Source: an uncultured bacterium | GTDB taxonomy: Bacteria; Myxococcota_A; UBA9042; PHBI01 | DNA: 64,000 bases | Assembly (NCBI GenBank): GCA_938040325.1 | Contig: CALHXW010000018.1 | Location: 1,540 to 65,539 of the forward strand | Direction: 5' to 3' | Part shown: positions 56,641 through 64,000 of the stretch, in pieces | Numbering within the stretch: the first letter of the stretch is position 1 | How the letters are laid out: each line of letters opens with the position of its first letter | Notes under the pieces: model-generated | Database searches by the model: none | Seen by the model: only the letters and a program-made list of their open reading frames with translations | Told to the model about the DNA's origin: nothing | Program-made: the position numbers and the translations under genes

Positions 56641-57699
56641 ATGATGACAAAGACATCCATCGCGTTCATAGCGCTGCTCCTCGCTTGGCCTGCGCCCGTG
56701 TTCGCTGGCTGGGATGACCAGTTCGAGCAAGGTAAGAGCGCGCTTAAGGCCAAAGACTACACGACCGCCGAGGACAAGTTCATCGGCGCGCTCAACACGA
56801 TCGACGACCTTGCCGACACCGACAATCGCAAGCTACGCACTCTCATCTCCCTGGCCGAGACCTATCGGCGCACCCGTCAGTGGGCTGCAGCGGCTCCGCT
56901 CATCGAGCGTGTTCTTTCGGCCTATCGCAAGGAAGGGACGGACAAGTCGACCGATGCTGCGTCGTCGATGAGTCGACTCGCGATCATCTATCACCGGATG
57001 AAGAAGTTCGAGGACGCCGAAAAGAACTACCTCGGAAGCCTTGAGATCATGCGGAAGCGTTACCGGCAAAACCGAGTCAACATCGCGCGCGTCGTCACAA
57101 ACCTGGCGGAGCTCTATCGGCAGCAAGGCAAGACCGATGACTCGATCAAGCTCCTCAAGCGCGCGCTCAAGGACAAGGAGCGCGAGCTTGGGCCAGAGCA
57201 TCCGGCCCTTGTGCCAAGCCTTGTGGATCTCGGTCTCGTTCACGCCAACAAAGGGGCATACGCCGTTGCGAAGCCACTCATCGAGCGTGGGCTGAAGCTG
57301 GCTCGCAGCATGAAGCCGGGCGAGCAGCGTGGGAAGTACCTCGGGAGCGCGCTCCACAACCTGGGCATCGTTCAAGCCGGCGCTGGCGACGCGGCTGCGG
57401 CAGAGAAGTCGTACCTCGAAGCCATCAAGGTGCGACGGGCCGAGCTCGGAAAGGCGCATCCAGACGTGGCGAACTCGCTCAACAACTTGGCCAACATCTA
57501 TGCGGGATCACAGCGAGAAGAGCTCGCCATCTCTCACTTCGAAGAGGCGCTCAAGATTCGGGTTGAGGAATACGGACCGCGGAACTCTCGGGTCGCCCGA
57601 ACACTCACCAACATGATTCCTCTGCTTAAGCGCATGGGCAAAGACGCCAAGCTCAAAGAGGCAGAAGCCAAGCTCAAGAAGGCTCAGGGCGGGAAGTAG
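56641..57699 (+). CDS. Secreted tetratricopeptide-repeat (TPR_12/kinesin-light-chain-like) protein
   Basis: Signal peptide MMTKTSIAFIALLLAWPAPVFA. About seven TPR units (ALxNLAxIYxxQGKxxEAxxLxxRALxIxE pattern). Confidence 0.8.
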   Translation: MMTKTSIAFIALLLAWPAPVFAGWDDQFEQGKSALKAKDYTTAEDKFIGALNTIDDLADTDNRKLRTLISLAETYRRTRQWAAAAPLIERVLSAYRKEGTDKSTDAASSMSRLAIIYHRMKKFEDAEKNYLGSLEIMRKRYRQNRVNIARVVTNLAELYRQQGKTDDSIKLLKRALKDKERELGPEHPALVPSLVDLGLVHANKGAYAVAKPLIERGLKLARSMKPGEQRGKYLGSALHNLGIVQAGAGDAAAAEKSYLEAIKVRRAELGKAHPDVANSLNNLANIYAGSQREELAISHFEEALKIRVEEYGPRNSRVARTLTNMIPLLKRMGKDAKLKEAEAKLKKAQGGK

Positions 57700-57755
57700 C
57701 CGTCTCACCGACGAGGGGACTGGCCAAGTCGGCTAGCTACGGAGACCATGTCGCC

Positions 57756-58298
57756 ATGATGATGCGACTCTTTTTAGCGATTCAAGTCCCCGACGAGGTG
57801 ATCGACGAGGCCGTTCCGCTTCAGATGGGCCTTCCTGGGGCGCGCTGGACGGAGCCAGACCAGATGCACCTCACGCTGCGCTTTGTCGGTGACGCCGATG
57901 GTGTTCAATACCAAGACATCGGCCACGCGATGCGGCGGATCCGCCACGAGCCGTTCGACGTCGAGCTCACCGGTCTTGGGGTCTTTCCGCCGAAAGGCGC
58001 TGCCCGCACGCTCTGGCTCGGGGTCGCCCAGAGCGAGCGTCTGGCGGCGCTTCAACGAAAGGTCGACATGGCGGTCACACGTCTTGGGTTCAAGAGCACC
58101 CGGAAGCGCTGGATTCCCCACGTCACGCTCGCGCGCCTTGGTGGCACGCCATCGAGCCGGCTTGGGAACTACATCGCCGGCAACGCGATGGTCAGGCTGC
58201 CGGCGTTCGAAGCGACCGGCTTCTCACTCTACACGAGCACACTCCATCCAAGCGGCTCGATCTATGAGGTCGAGGAGACCTTCGAGCTTGGACTCTGA
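57756..58298 (+). CDS. thpR: RNA 2',3'-cyclic phosphodiesterase (2H family, LigT/ThpR)
   Basis: Two HxT/Sx motifs (HLTLRFVG and HVTLARL), ~180 aa, typical 2H phosphoesterase. Confidence 0.85.
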   Translation: MMMRLFLAIQVPDEVIDEAVPLQMGLPGARWTEPDQMHLTLRFVGDADGVQYQDIGHAMRRIRHEPFDVELTGLGVFPPKGAARTLWLGVAQSERLAALQRKVDMAVTRLGFKSTRKRWIPHVTLARLGGTPSSRLGNYIAGNAMVRLPAFEATGFSLYTSTLHPSGSIYEVEETFELGL

Positions 58299-58363
58299 GC
58301 GGCTCGAGCTCGTGTGTTGCGAGGTCTGCCGCGCGTTCGCGGCGGCCAGGCCGAGTCCGCTGT

Positions 58364-59293
58364 TCAACGGCTCGCCGTCGAGGCGGGCGCCTCTGGCACA
58401 CACCAGATGAGCGTGGCGATGCCCTTCATCTCTGCACGGGGTCTTCCTTGGTCGCAGGTTGAGGCGCGAATCGTGACGACTGGGCCCGTGGACAGGCGGG
58501 CAGGGATCCCGTGGCCAAAGTCGGTGTGCCCAATCCCGGCGAACACGATGATGATGGTGTTCTCTCCTAAGCTACGACGCAGCCGGTTGACCTCGTACGC
58601 CATGGTCTCATCCCAAACGAGCTGAGCGCGGTAGAGCCGACGGAGTGAGCTCTCATCGAGGCCATGGTGGTGTCCGTGGCCTGCTGCGCGCATCAACCCG
58701 GCGAAGTAGTTGAAGTGAGCTTCCGTGCCTGAGGTCAGCGGCGGCACAGCGTGGCGCCACTTCCCATCGACTGGCTTGCCGCCGCTGCGCGCGACCAAAC
58801 GTGAGATGCCGGGTGGCGCGTTCACCGGTCTTAGCTCCACGGCGTTCTGCCGCGTGGTCTCAAGCAGTCGGCGGTACGCGTCTAGGTTGTGTCCCCAGAT
58901 CGCTTTCCAGCCAACCGCCTGTGCAAGCTCGTCCACGGTCTTTGCAGGCGTGCGCATCCAGGCATCCACTACTTGGCCGGCCGTGTGAGGAAGCCACTCG
59001 ACGGCGACTGCGACCTTGGGTCGGTGGCGTCTTGCGTGCAACACCACCTGGCGTTGAACTTCATGGAACATCGGGTCGCCGTGTCGCTCGCCCACCACAA
59101 CGATGGCGGCGTCCGCGAGAGCGTCGCGCAGTGCAGCCGGGCCTGCCTCGGTGAGCGTGTGTCCGTGAAAGAGTGCAGGGCGGGTGCTCCCGCCGCTCTT
59201 GTCATCATCGCTCGGGGTTGCGGTCGCACAGCCCTGAGCGGCGAGGGCCGCAATCACACCCAAGAACGCCACGCTTTTTCCCTGCCGCCTCAT
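58364..59293 (-). CDS. ChaN-family (haem-binding/iron-regulated, Tiki superfamily) lipoprotein
   Basis: Lipoprotein signal (FLGVIAALAAQGCATA). N-terminal VVVGERHGDPMFH motif and conserved C-terminal His cluster (IIIVFAGIGHTDFGHGIP), characteristic of ChaN/Cofac_haem_bdg proteins. Confidence 0.6.
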   Translation of the reverse strand: MRRQGKSVAFLGVIAALAAQGCATATPSDDDKSGGSTRPALFHGHTLTEAGPAALRDALADAAIVVVGERHGDPMFHEVQRQVVLHARRHRPKVAVAVEWLPHTAGQVVDAWMRTPAKTVDELAQAVGWKAIWGHNLDAYRRLLETTRQNAVELRPVNAPPGISRLVARSGGKPVDGKWRHAVPPLTSGTEAHFNYFAGLMRAAGHGHHHGLDESSLRRLYRAQLVWDETMAYEVNRLRRSLGENTIIIVFAGIGHTDFGHGIPARLSTGPVVTIRASTCDQGRPRAEMKGIATLIWCVPEAPASTASR

Positions 59294-59420
59294 GGAGCTC
59301 CTCTCTCTGGTTAGACCCAGGGCAGCCGCCTCTGGATTGTTTCGCATAAAGCGCGTCTGTTTGAACGTTGTCGCGCCAGTAGGTGTTGACTTTGGCAGAG
59401 CGATTGCTGACTAAGGAAGC

Positions 59421-59551
59421 ATGTTGATCAAACTCATACGCGCGTCAGCGGTCCTCGCTGCGGTCATCTTGAGCGCACTTTGGAGTCCGCCTGCGGCCAC
59501 TCAGTGAAGTGGTTGAAGCGCACCTAGCCTTCCGGTCGGAGGGTCCAGCAT
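59421..59551 (+). other. Orphan signal-peptide ORF joined in frame to the downstream gene through two TGA codons, plus a SECIS-like hairpin
   Basis: AGGAAG SD before ATG 59421. MLIKLIRASAVLAAVILSALWSPPAATQ, then TGA-AGT-GGT-TGA, then an open frame that continues directly into the 59652 ORF (..SAPSLPVGGSSIDFAIEQSAEAPENITWVRAGFRYGYLASKRRGS-VSID..). Hairpin ccttcc-GGTC-ggaggg at 59528-59543, whose loop sits 21-24 nt after the second TGA. Confidence 0.5.
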
Positions 59552-59651
59552 TGACTTCGCCATCGAGCAATCGGCCGAGGCCCCAGAGAACATCACGTGG
59601 GTCCGTGCGGGGTTTCGTTACGGCTACCTTGCGTCGAAGCGCCGTGGGTCG

Positions 59652-60770
59652 GTGTCCATCGATAGCGATGGTGCCGCGGTCGAGAGCGCCAGGCTTGAGC
59701 TCCGCGTCGATCACTTCTTCGGTGACGGCTGGTCGGCGTCCGCGAGCGTCCCAACCGGGCAGATAAGCGTCACGCCCGAGGGTGGCGGATTGCCTGTTCG
59801 AACGTCCGGGTTCGGCGACGCGTCCCTGGAGGTCCGCTACGACCTCGCCGAGCTCTGGGGCCGCACGGGCGGGGTCGGGCTCACGCTCAGCGGCGGCCTT
59901 GCACTGCCAACGGGGGACATTGCCAAGACGACCCCCGTGGACGCGGCACCGGTCGTGGTCTCACTCGGCACGGGCGTCTTCAACGCCTTCGCGGGCGGGG
60001 TTCTCACTTACGTTGTTGCCCATGACTGGATCCTGGTCGCTCCGATCAGCGCCCGCTTCGCCCTCGGGACCTCCTCAAGCGGCATGTTCGTCGGCCCACG
60101 CCTCAGTCTTGGGCTTGGGATGGTCTACGTGGCCTCACCCACAGTCCAGCTCGGCCTCAGCGCCAACAGCGCATGGTCGGCCCAGACGGAAAACGAAATC
60201 GAAGGCGTCCTCATCAACTCTGGCGGCACGACCATCGGCGCGCAGGCGTCGGTGAACTTCGCGCTGACCGAGCGCGTGCGTCTGCGGGTCTCAGCTGACG
60301 TGCCGTTCTTTGCAGACATGAACGGCGAGCAGCTGACAACGACCGTTGGCGTGTCCGCGGGCCTCAGCGTGCGCTTTGGCGGTGACGCTGACGACGACGA
60401 ACCAGAGGCGACTTCAGGACCGTCAACGATCGGAACGAACGATATCAGCGTCGGCGGTCAGCGCTTCGACTTGGCCGACGCCCTCGTGCCTGGCAAGTAC
60501 ACCATCGTCGACTTCTGGGCGGATTGGTGTGCGCCCTGCAAGGTGATCAGCGCACGACTAAAGGCTATCACCGACGACGATGAGCGCTTCGTCCTTCGCA
60601 AGGCAGAGGTGCCAGACTTTGAGTCGCCCGTGGCCCTGCAGCACTTGCCAGGCGGTGACCGACTGCCGGTCGTTCGTGTCTACGGCCCCACCGGAGAAAA
60701 GCTCGCCGATATTGTCGGCGGCGAGCCGAATGAGGTCCTCGCAGCCGTCATTGCCGTGCTGCCTGACTAA
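59652..60770 (+). CDS. Outer-membrane-like beta-rich domain fused to a C-terminal thioredoxin-fold domain (WCAPC). The annotated GTG start is probably not the true N-terminus.
   Basis: C-terminal thioredoxin motif FWADWCAPCKV. N-terminal ~250 aa Gly/Ser/Thr-rich with amphipathic strands. The reading frame is open and protein-like for 40 codons upstream of the GTG, back to the TGA pair (see 59421-59551). Confidence 0.65.
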   Translation: MSIDSDGAAVESARLELRVDHFFGDGWSASASVPTGQISVTPEGGGLPVRTSGFGDASLEVRYDLAELWGRTGGVGLTLSGGLALPTGDIAKTTPVDAAPVVVSLGTGVFNAFAGGVLTYVVAHDWILVAPISARFALGTSSSGMFVGPRLSLGLGMVYVASPTVQLGLSANSAWSAQTENEIEGVLINSGGTTIGAQASVNFALTERVRLRVSADVPFFADMNGEQLTTTVGVSAGLSVRFGGDADDDEPEATSGPSTIGTNDISVGGQRFDLADALVPGKYTIVDFWADWCAPCKVISARLKAITDDDERFVLRKAEVPDFESPVALQHLPGGDRLPVVRVYGPTGEKLADIVGGEPNEVLAAVIAVLPD

Positions 60771-60776
60771 CAGCTC

Positions 60777-61355
60777 TTAGCCGAAGTAGGGTGGGGCGTT
60801 GCCAGGCTTCCACTTGATGTTGCAGCCGATGCTCGGCACCTGCTCGGAGTTCACGGGTGAGTCGCTGAGCAGGGCGCTGACGGCCGCGGTTAGGTCGGCG
60901 CCTGTCACGTCAACATCGTTGCCTGGGCGTGAGGCATCAAACTGCCCCCGGTAGCAGAGCTGCCCATTGCCATCGTAGAGGAAGAAGTCGGGAGTGCACG
61001 CCGCACCGTACGCCTTCGCCACCTCTTGCGACTCGTCGAAGAGGTAGGGGAACGCGTAGCCGGCGGCCCGTCGCTCGACCGCCATCTCGGCTGGTCCGTC
61101 CTGCGGGTAGCGGTCGACGTCGTTTGAGCTGACAGCGACCACGCCGAGCCCTTGCTCCATATAGGATCGGGTCACTGCGGCGAGGACTTCCCTCAGGTGG
61201 ATAACGAACGGGCAGTGGTTGCAGATGAACGCGACCAGCAATCCGGGACGGTCGCTGTAGTCTGAAAGCGAGACCAGCGCGCCGGTCGTATCAGGCAAGG
61301 CGAAGTTTGGCGCCTGGGTGCCAAGCGCCCGCATCGTTGAAGGAGTTCGTGCCAT
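60777..61355 (-). CDS. Thioredoxin-fold thiol-disulfide oxidoreductase (AhpC/TSA-redoxin-like)
   Basis: CxxC active site in a redoxin context (LVAFICNHCPFVIHL), ~190 aa. Convergent with the Trx-fusion gene. Confidence 0.75.
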   Translation of the reverse strand: MARTPSTMRALGTQAPNFALPDTTGALVSLSDYSDRPGLLVAFICNHCPFVIHLREVLAAVTRSYMEQGLGVVAVSSNDVDRYPQDGPAEMAVERRAAGYAFPYLFDESQEVAKAYGAACTPDFFLYDGNGQLCYRGQFDASRPGNDVDVTGADLTAAVSALLSDSPVNSEQVPSIGCNIKWKPGNAPPYFG

Positions 61356-61416
61356 GTCGCCTCAGATAGGTGGTGTGGGCCCGCGCACCGCCAACGACGG
61401 CGGGCGATGGCGATGC

Positions 61417-62181
61417 CTACTCGCGACCGAACGACATCAGCAGGTTGAGGATGTAGATGAAGAGCAGCACGAAGTCGACGAAGAGCGTGAGGCCAGCCGC
61501 CACGTGCTCATTGTCGGGGAAGGTGCGGAGAATCTTCTGCGTGTCATAGAGCGTGTAGCCGGCGAAGAGCAACACGCCGAAGGCGCTCAGCGCCATGTGC
61601 AGCGCCGAGCTTTCGGTGAACAGGCTCAACACGATCAGCCCCAAGAGCACAAAGATGCCGACCTGGAGCATCCCGCGCATAAACGAGAAGTCGCGCTTTG
61701 TCGTGAGCGCGTAGATCGACAGCCCGCCGAACGTGAACACCGTCAGGCCGAAGGCTTGGAGGATGTACGCGTTGGCGCCGTAGCCATTGTTGGTGGCAAG
61801 AATTGTGGCCACCAGCAGCGTGCTGCTGAAGATGATGCCGGTGAAGATGCCGTACGCAAAGAAGGCAACGACGTTGAGGGTCTCGCGGTGACGCACGCGC
61901 TGGACCAAGGTCGCGCCAAAGACCCACGCGATGATGAGCCCGATCTGAGCGAACACTCCAGCGCCGAGCAGGGAGCTGGCAATGCCGGTCTCGAGCGCAA
62001 GGGCCGCACCAGCCGCGGTGGCAACGACACCGCCAAACATCCAGCCGTACACGCGCTTGAGAAACGCAATGCGCTGTTCAGCGGTGCGGGCAACGCCTGC
62101 GGTGTGTGATGACGCAATGCTATCGCCGCCCACCGTCTGGGTGCCGCTGTGGCCGAACGTTTGCTGTTGATGGTCGCTCAT
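61417..62181 (-). CDS. Bax-inhibitor-1/YccA-family integral membrane protein
   Basis: Seven predicted TM helices. Conserved family segments (..FFAYGIFTGII.., ..AFGLTVFTFGGLSIYALTTKRDFSFM.., C-terminal charged tail). Confidence 0.7.
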   Translation of the reverse strand: MSDHQQQTFGHSGTQTVGGDSIASSHTAGVARTAEQRIAFLKRVYGWMFGGVVATAAGAALALETGIASSLLGAGVFAQIGLIIAWVFGATLVQRVRHRETLNVVAFFAYGIFTGIIFSSTLLVATILATNNGYGANAYILQAFGLTVFTFGGLSIYALTTKRDFSFMRGMLQVGIFVLLGLIVLSLFTESSALHMALSAFGVLLFAGYTLYDTQKILRTFPDNEHVAAGLTLFVDFVLLFIYILNLLMSFGRE

Positions 62182-62253
62182 TGGGTACCTCCTGTGCTGT
62201 CTCGAACCTATATCACAACATGAAGCGAGGAAGGCAATGACCGTCAGGAGTGC

Positions 62254-63645
62254 CTACGGCTGCTCGTCGAACACCGCCACCTGGACTCTGAACATGCCGT
62301 CTCCGAGGGACTCCGACCACGCGAGCGCCAACCGTCCGTCTGCGTAGCTCAGTGCCGGCCGGTACGCGCTTGGAAAGCGCCCGGTGGCGACCGTGACTGG
62401 CTGCCCTTCGAAGCCCGAAGCGTTGAGGTAGCCCAATCGGAGGTCGACATCGGCCCCGGTCCCACGAAGGTACGCAAGGGCGAACCGTCCGTCACCCACG
62501 GGCACGACAGCTGACGATGTGGTGATCGTTCCTGCGAGTTCAGGCATCGTGATGGGCTGACCAGCACCGCCATCGCTTGGCCAGGTCCTCAGTCGTAAGT
62601 TCGCGCCAACGACGGCCCCGACCACGGCGGCCTGCGACTCCGGGTCGGTCGCGACGATCGGAGCCTGAACGGCCAGCCCCTCAGCTGGCCCAGCAACCTC
62701 AAAGAGCTCGCCTACAGCACCATCTGCGCCGATCCGGGCCCCGTACGCGACGTCGACGGCTGCGTCCGGAGTGCCCAACGCGTCCTCCCAGACCACCAGC
62801 AGCTCGCCGGCGATAGCGCTGATCGACGGAAAGAGCTGCCCAACGGTCGCGTCGCTCCGTGGCACGACCGGCGTGCCGATGGGCTCGCCGAGTGTGCTGT
62901 AGCGCTGGGCAAACGCCTCGAATCCTGGCGACGTGCCCCCAGCCCGCACACCAGCGATGGCGAACCCTCCGCCCGGCGTGCAAGCGACCTTCGCCAGCCA
63001 GTGGTTGCCGTCGCGGTCGGTCTCGACGACGTTGTCGTCAGCGTCCGCTGGCGTCCCATCGGCCCCGACCCGACGAAAGCGAACGCTTAGGTTGTCTGGG
63101 AACTCGCCGTTGTCTGTGGACCAGGCGACGACAAACGAGCCGTCGTCTTGTTGGCACATCGTTGGCTCGTTGTGTCCTGCCTCCAGCACCGACAAGAGGA
63201 AGTCATCGACGGCTGGCCGCAGCGTGGTGGGCTCATAGAGGCCGAAGAAGATGCCCAGCTCGTCGCCAGCCTTTCCGGTCCACGCAATGGCAAGGTGTCC
63301 ATCAGCTCCGTAGGCAATCGCAGGCTGTACCTTGATGTCACCAAGCTGGGGTGCCGGCCCAATGATGAGCGGGCTGCCTGACAACAACGGCGGAACGAGC
63401 GGTTCGGCAGGTACAGTGTCAACCGAAGCGCTCGTGTCTTCGAGCATCGAAGTGTCATCAGCGACATCGGGGTCGGAGGTCGTGTCGGCTTCACTCGTGT
63501 CGGCTTCAATGTCTGGGGCCGCGTTCGTGTCGGCGGTCTCAGCAGGGGCGTCATCGCCGCAGGCAACAGCGGTCCACGAAAGCAAAGCAGCGACCAAGAG
63601 TCGCCGAGATCTTGCAAAACAGAACGGATGAAGATGCATGACCAC
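62254..63645 (-). CDS. Secreted lipoprotein of unknown function (463 aa)
   Basis: Signal/lipobox LLSWTAVACGDD. Asp/Thr-rich linker. Repetitive beta-rich body with several ~60-aa segments. No catalytic motif recognised. Confidence 0.45.
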   Translation of the reverse strand: MVMHLHPFCFARSRRLLVAALLSWTAVACGDDAPAETADTNAAPDIEADTSEADTTSDPDVADDTSMLEDTSASVDTVPAEPLVPPLLSGSPLIIGPAPQLGDIKVQPAIAYGADGHLAIAWTGKAGDELGIFFGLYEPTTLRPAVDDFLLSVLEAGHNEPTMCQQDDGSFVVAWSTDNGEFPDNLSVRFRRVGADGTPADADDNVVETDRDGNHWLAKVACTPGGGFAIAGVRAGGTSPGFEAFAQRYSTLGEPIGTPVVPRSDATVGQLFPSISAIAGELLVVWEDALGTPDAAVDVAYGARIGADGAVGELFEVAGPAEGLAVQAPIVATDPESQAAVVGAVVGANLRLRTWPSDGGAGQPITMPELAGTITTSSAVVPVGDGRFALAYLRGTGADVDLRLGYLNASGFEGQPVTVATGRFPSAYRPALSYADGRLALAWSESLGDGMFRVQVAVFDEQP

Positions 63646-63779
63646 ACGGCCCTCCTGAGCGAGGGGGGCTGTTTACAGCAGTCCAAGGGCACGGCGCCAG
63701 AACTAGCCCCCTAAGCAACCGCTGTTTTCGAGCGAGGCGAACGCGATGTGCTCGGCCGCGGCGTCGACCGGCCTCCCGT

Positions 63780-64000
63780 CTATGGCGCCAGCAGCGCGTT
63801 GATAGCGCTCGCAGCACCGCTGGCACCGCTCGCGTACTTGGCCTTGTGGACGACGTCTCCGTCAGCATTGAGGACAACGTGCCAGTCGTTGACTGAGGAC
63901 TCGCCGATGTGGGCCGGCAGCGTCCGACTCGTGTCGAGCAGGACCGGCATCGTCAGCCCAAAGTTGTCTCGGACCGTCCGGCAGTACTCGGCCGTCATGC
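63780..64000 (-). CDS. 3' end of a probable redoxin/TlpA-like gene that continues beyond the window end
   Basis: The C-terminal ~70 aa (..MPVLLDTSRTLPAHIGESSVNDWHVVLNADGDVVHKAKY..) resemble the C-terminal strand-helix of thioredoxin-fold TlpA/ResA-like proteins. The frame is open to position 64000. Confidence 0.3.
   Translation of the reverse strand, partial: MTAEYCRTVRDNFGLTMPVLLDTSRTLPAHIGESSVNDWHVVLNADGDVVHKAKYASGASGAASAINALLAP

Overview
This 64 kb window is ~68-70% GC and almost certainly comes from a myxobacterium (Myxococcota). Two secreted proteins end in a MYXO-CTERM-like sorting tail (GCS-G, hydrophobic helix, Arg-rich end), and the window holds a giant TSP3/FG-GAP adhesin, a Ser/Thr-kinase-STAND-TPR protein and many lipoproteins, all typical of that phylum. 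A conserved housekeeping block sits in the middle: prs on the minus strand, then sucC, sucD, ndk and rlmN on the plus strand. It is flanked by regulatory and surface genes (ECF sigma/anti-sigma pair, GGDEF response regulator, HtrA) and by apparently accessory DNA. Three things stand out. (1) A compact same-strand cluster at ~44.5-51.3 kb encodes a 914-aa protein with a C-terminal SAM-methyltransferase, an NMP-kinase-like P-loop protein translationally coupled to an ATP-grasp ligase, a stand-alone degenerate sigma54-activator-type AAA+ core, and a winged-helix protein. It lies just downstream of a pile of nested CTAG-bounded inverted-repeat (MITE-like) elements. (2) At 59.4-60.8 kb a perfect signal peptide is joined in the same frame to an outer-membrane-like/thioredoxin fusion through two TGA codons three codons apart (a U-x-x-U pattern), followed at E. 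coli fdhF-like spacing by a hairpin with a GGUC loop. This is a candidate selenoprotein or a recent pseudogene. (3) A ~90-nt intergenic repeat occurs twice (19.5 kb and 43.1 kb). Many long ORFs in the six-frame track are antisense artefacts of the high GC content and are not reported. A large IPT/TIG lipoprotein gene that runs off the left edge on the minus strand is missing from the track; I recovered it by reverse-complement translation.
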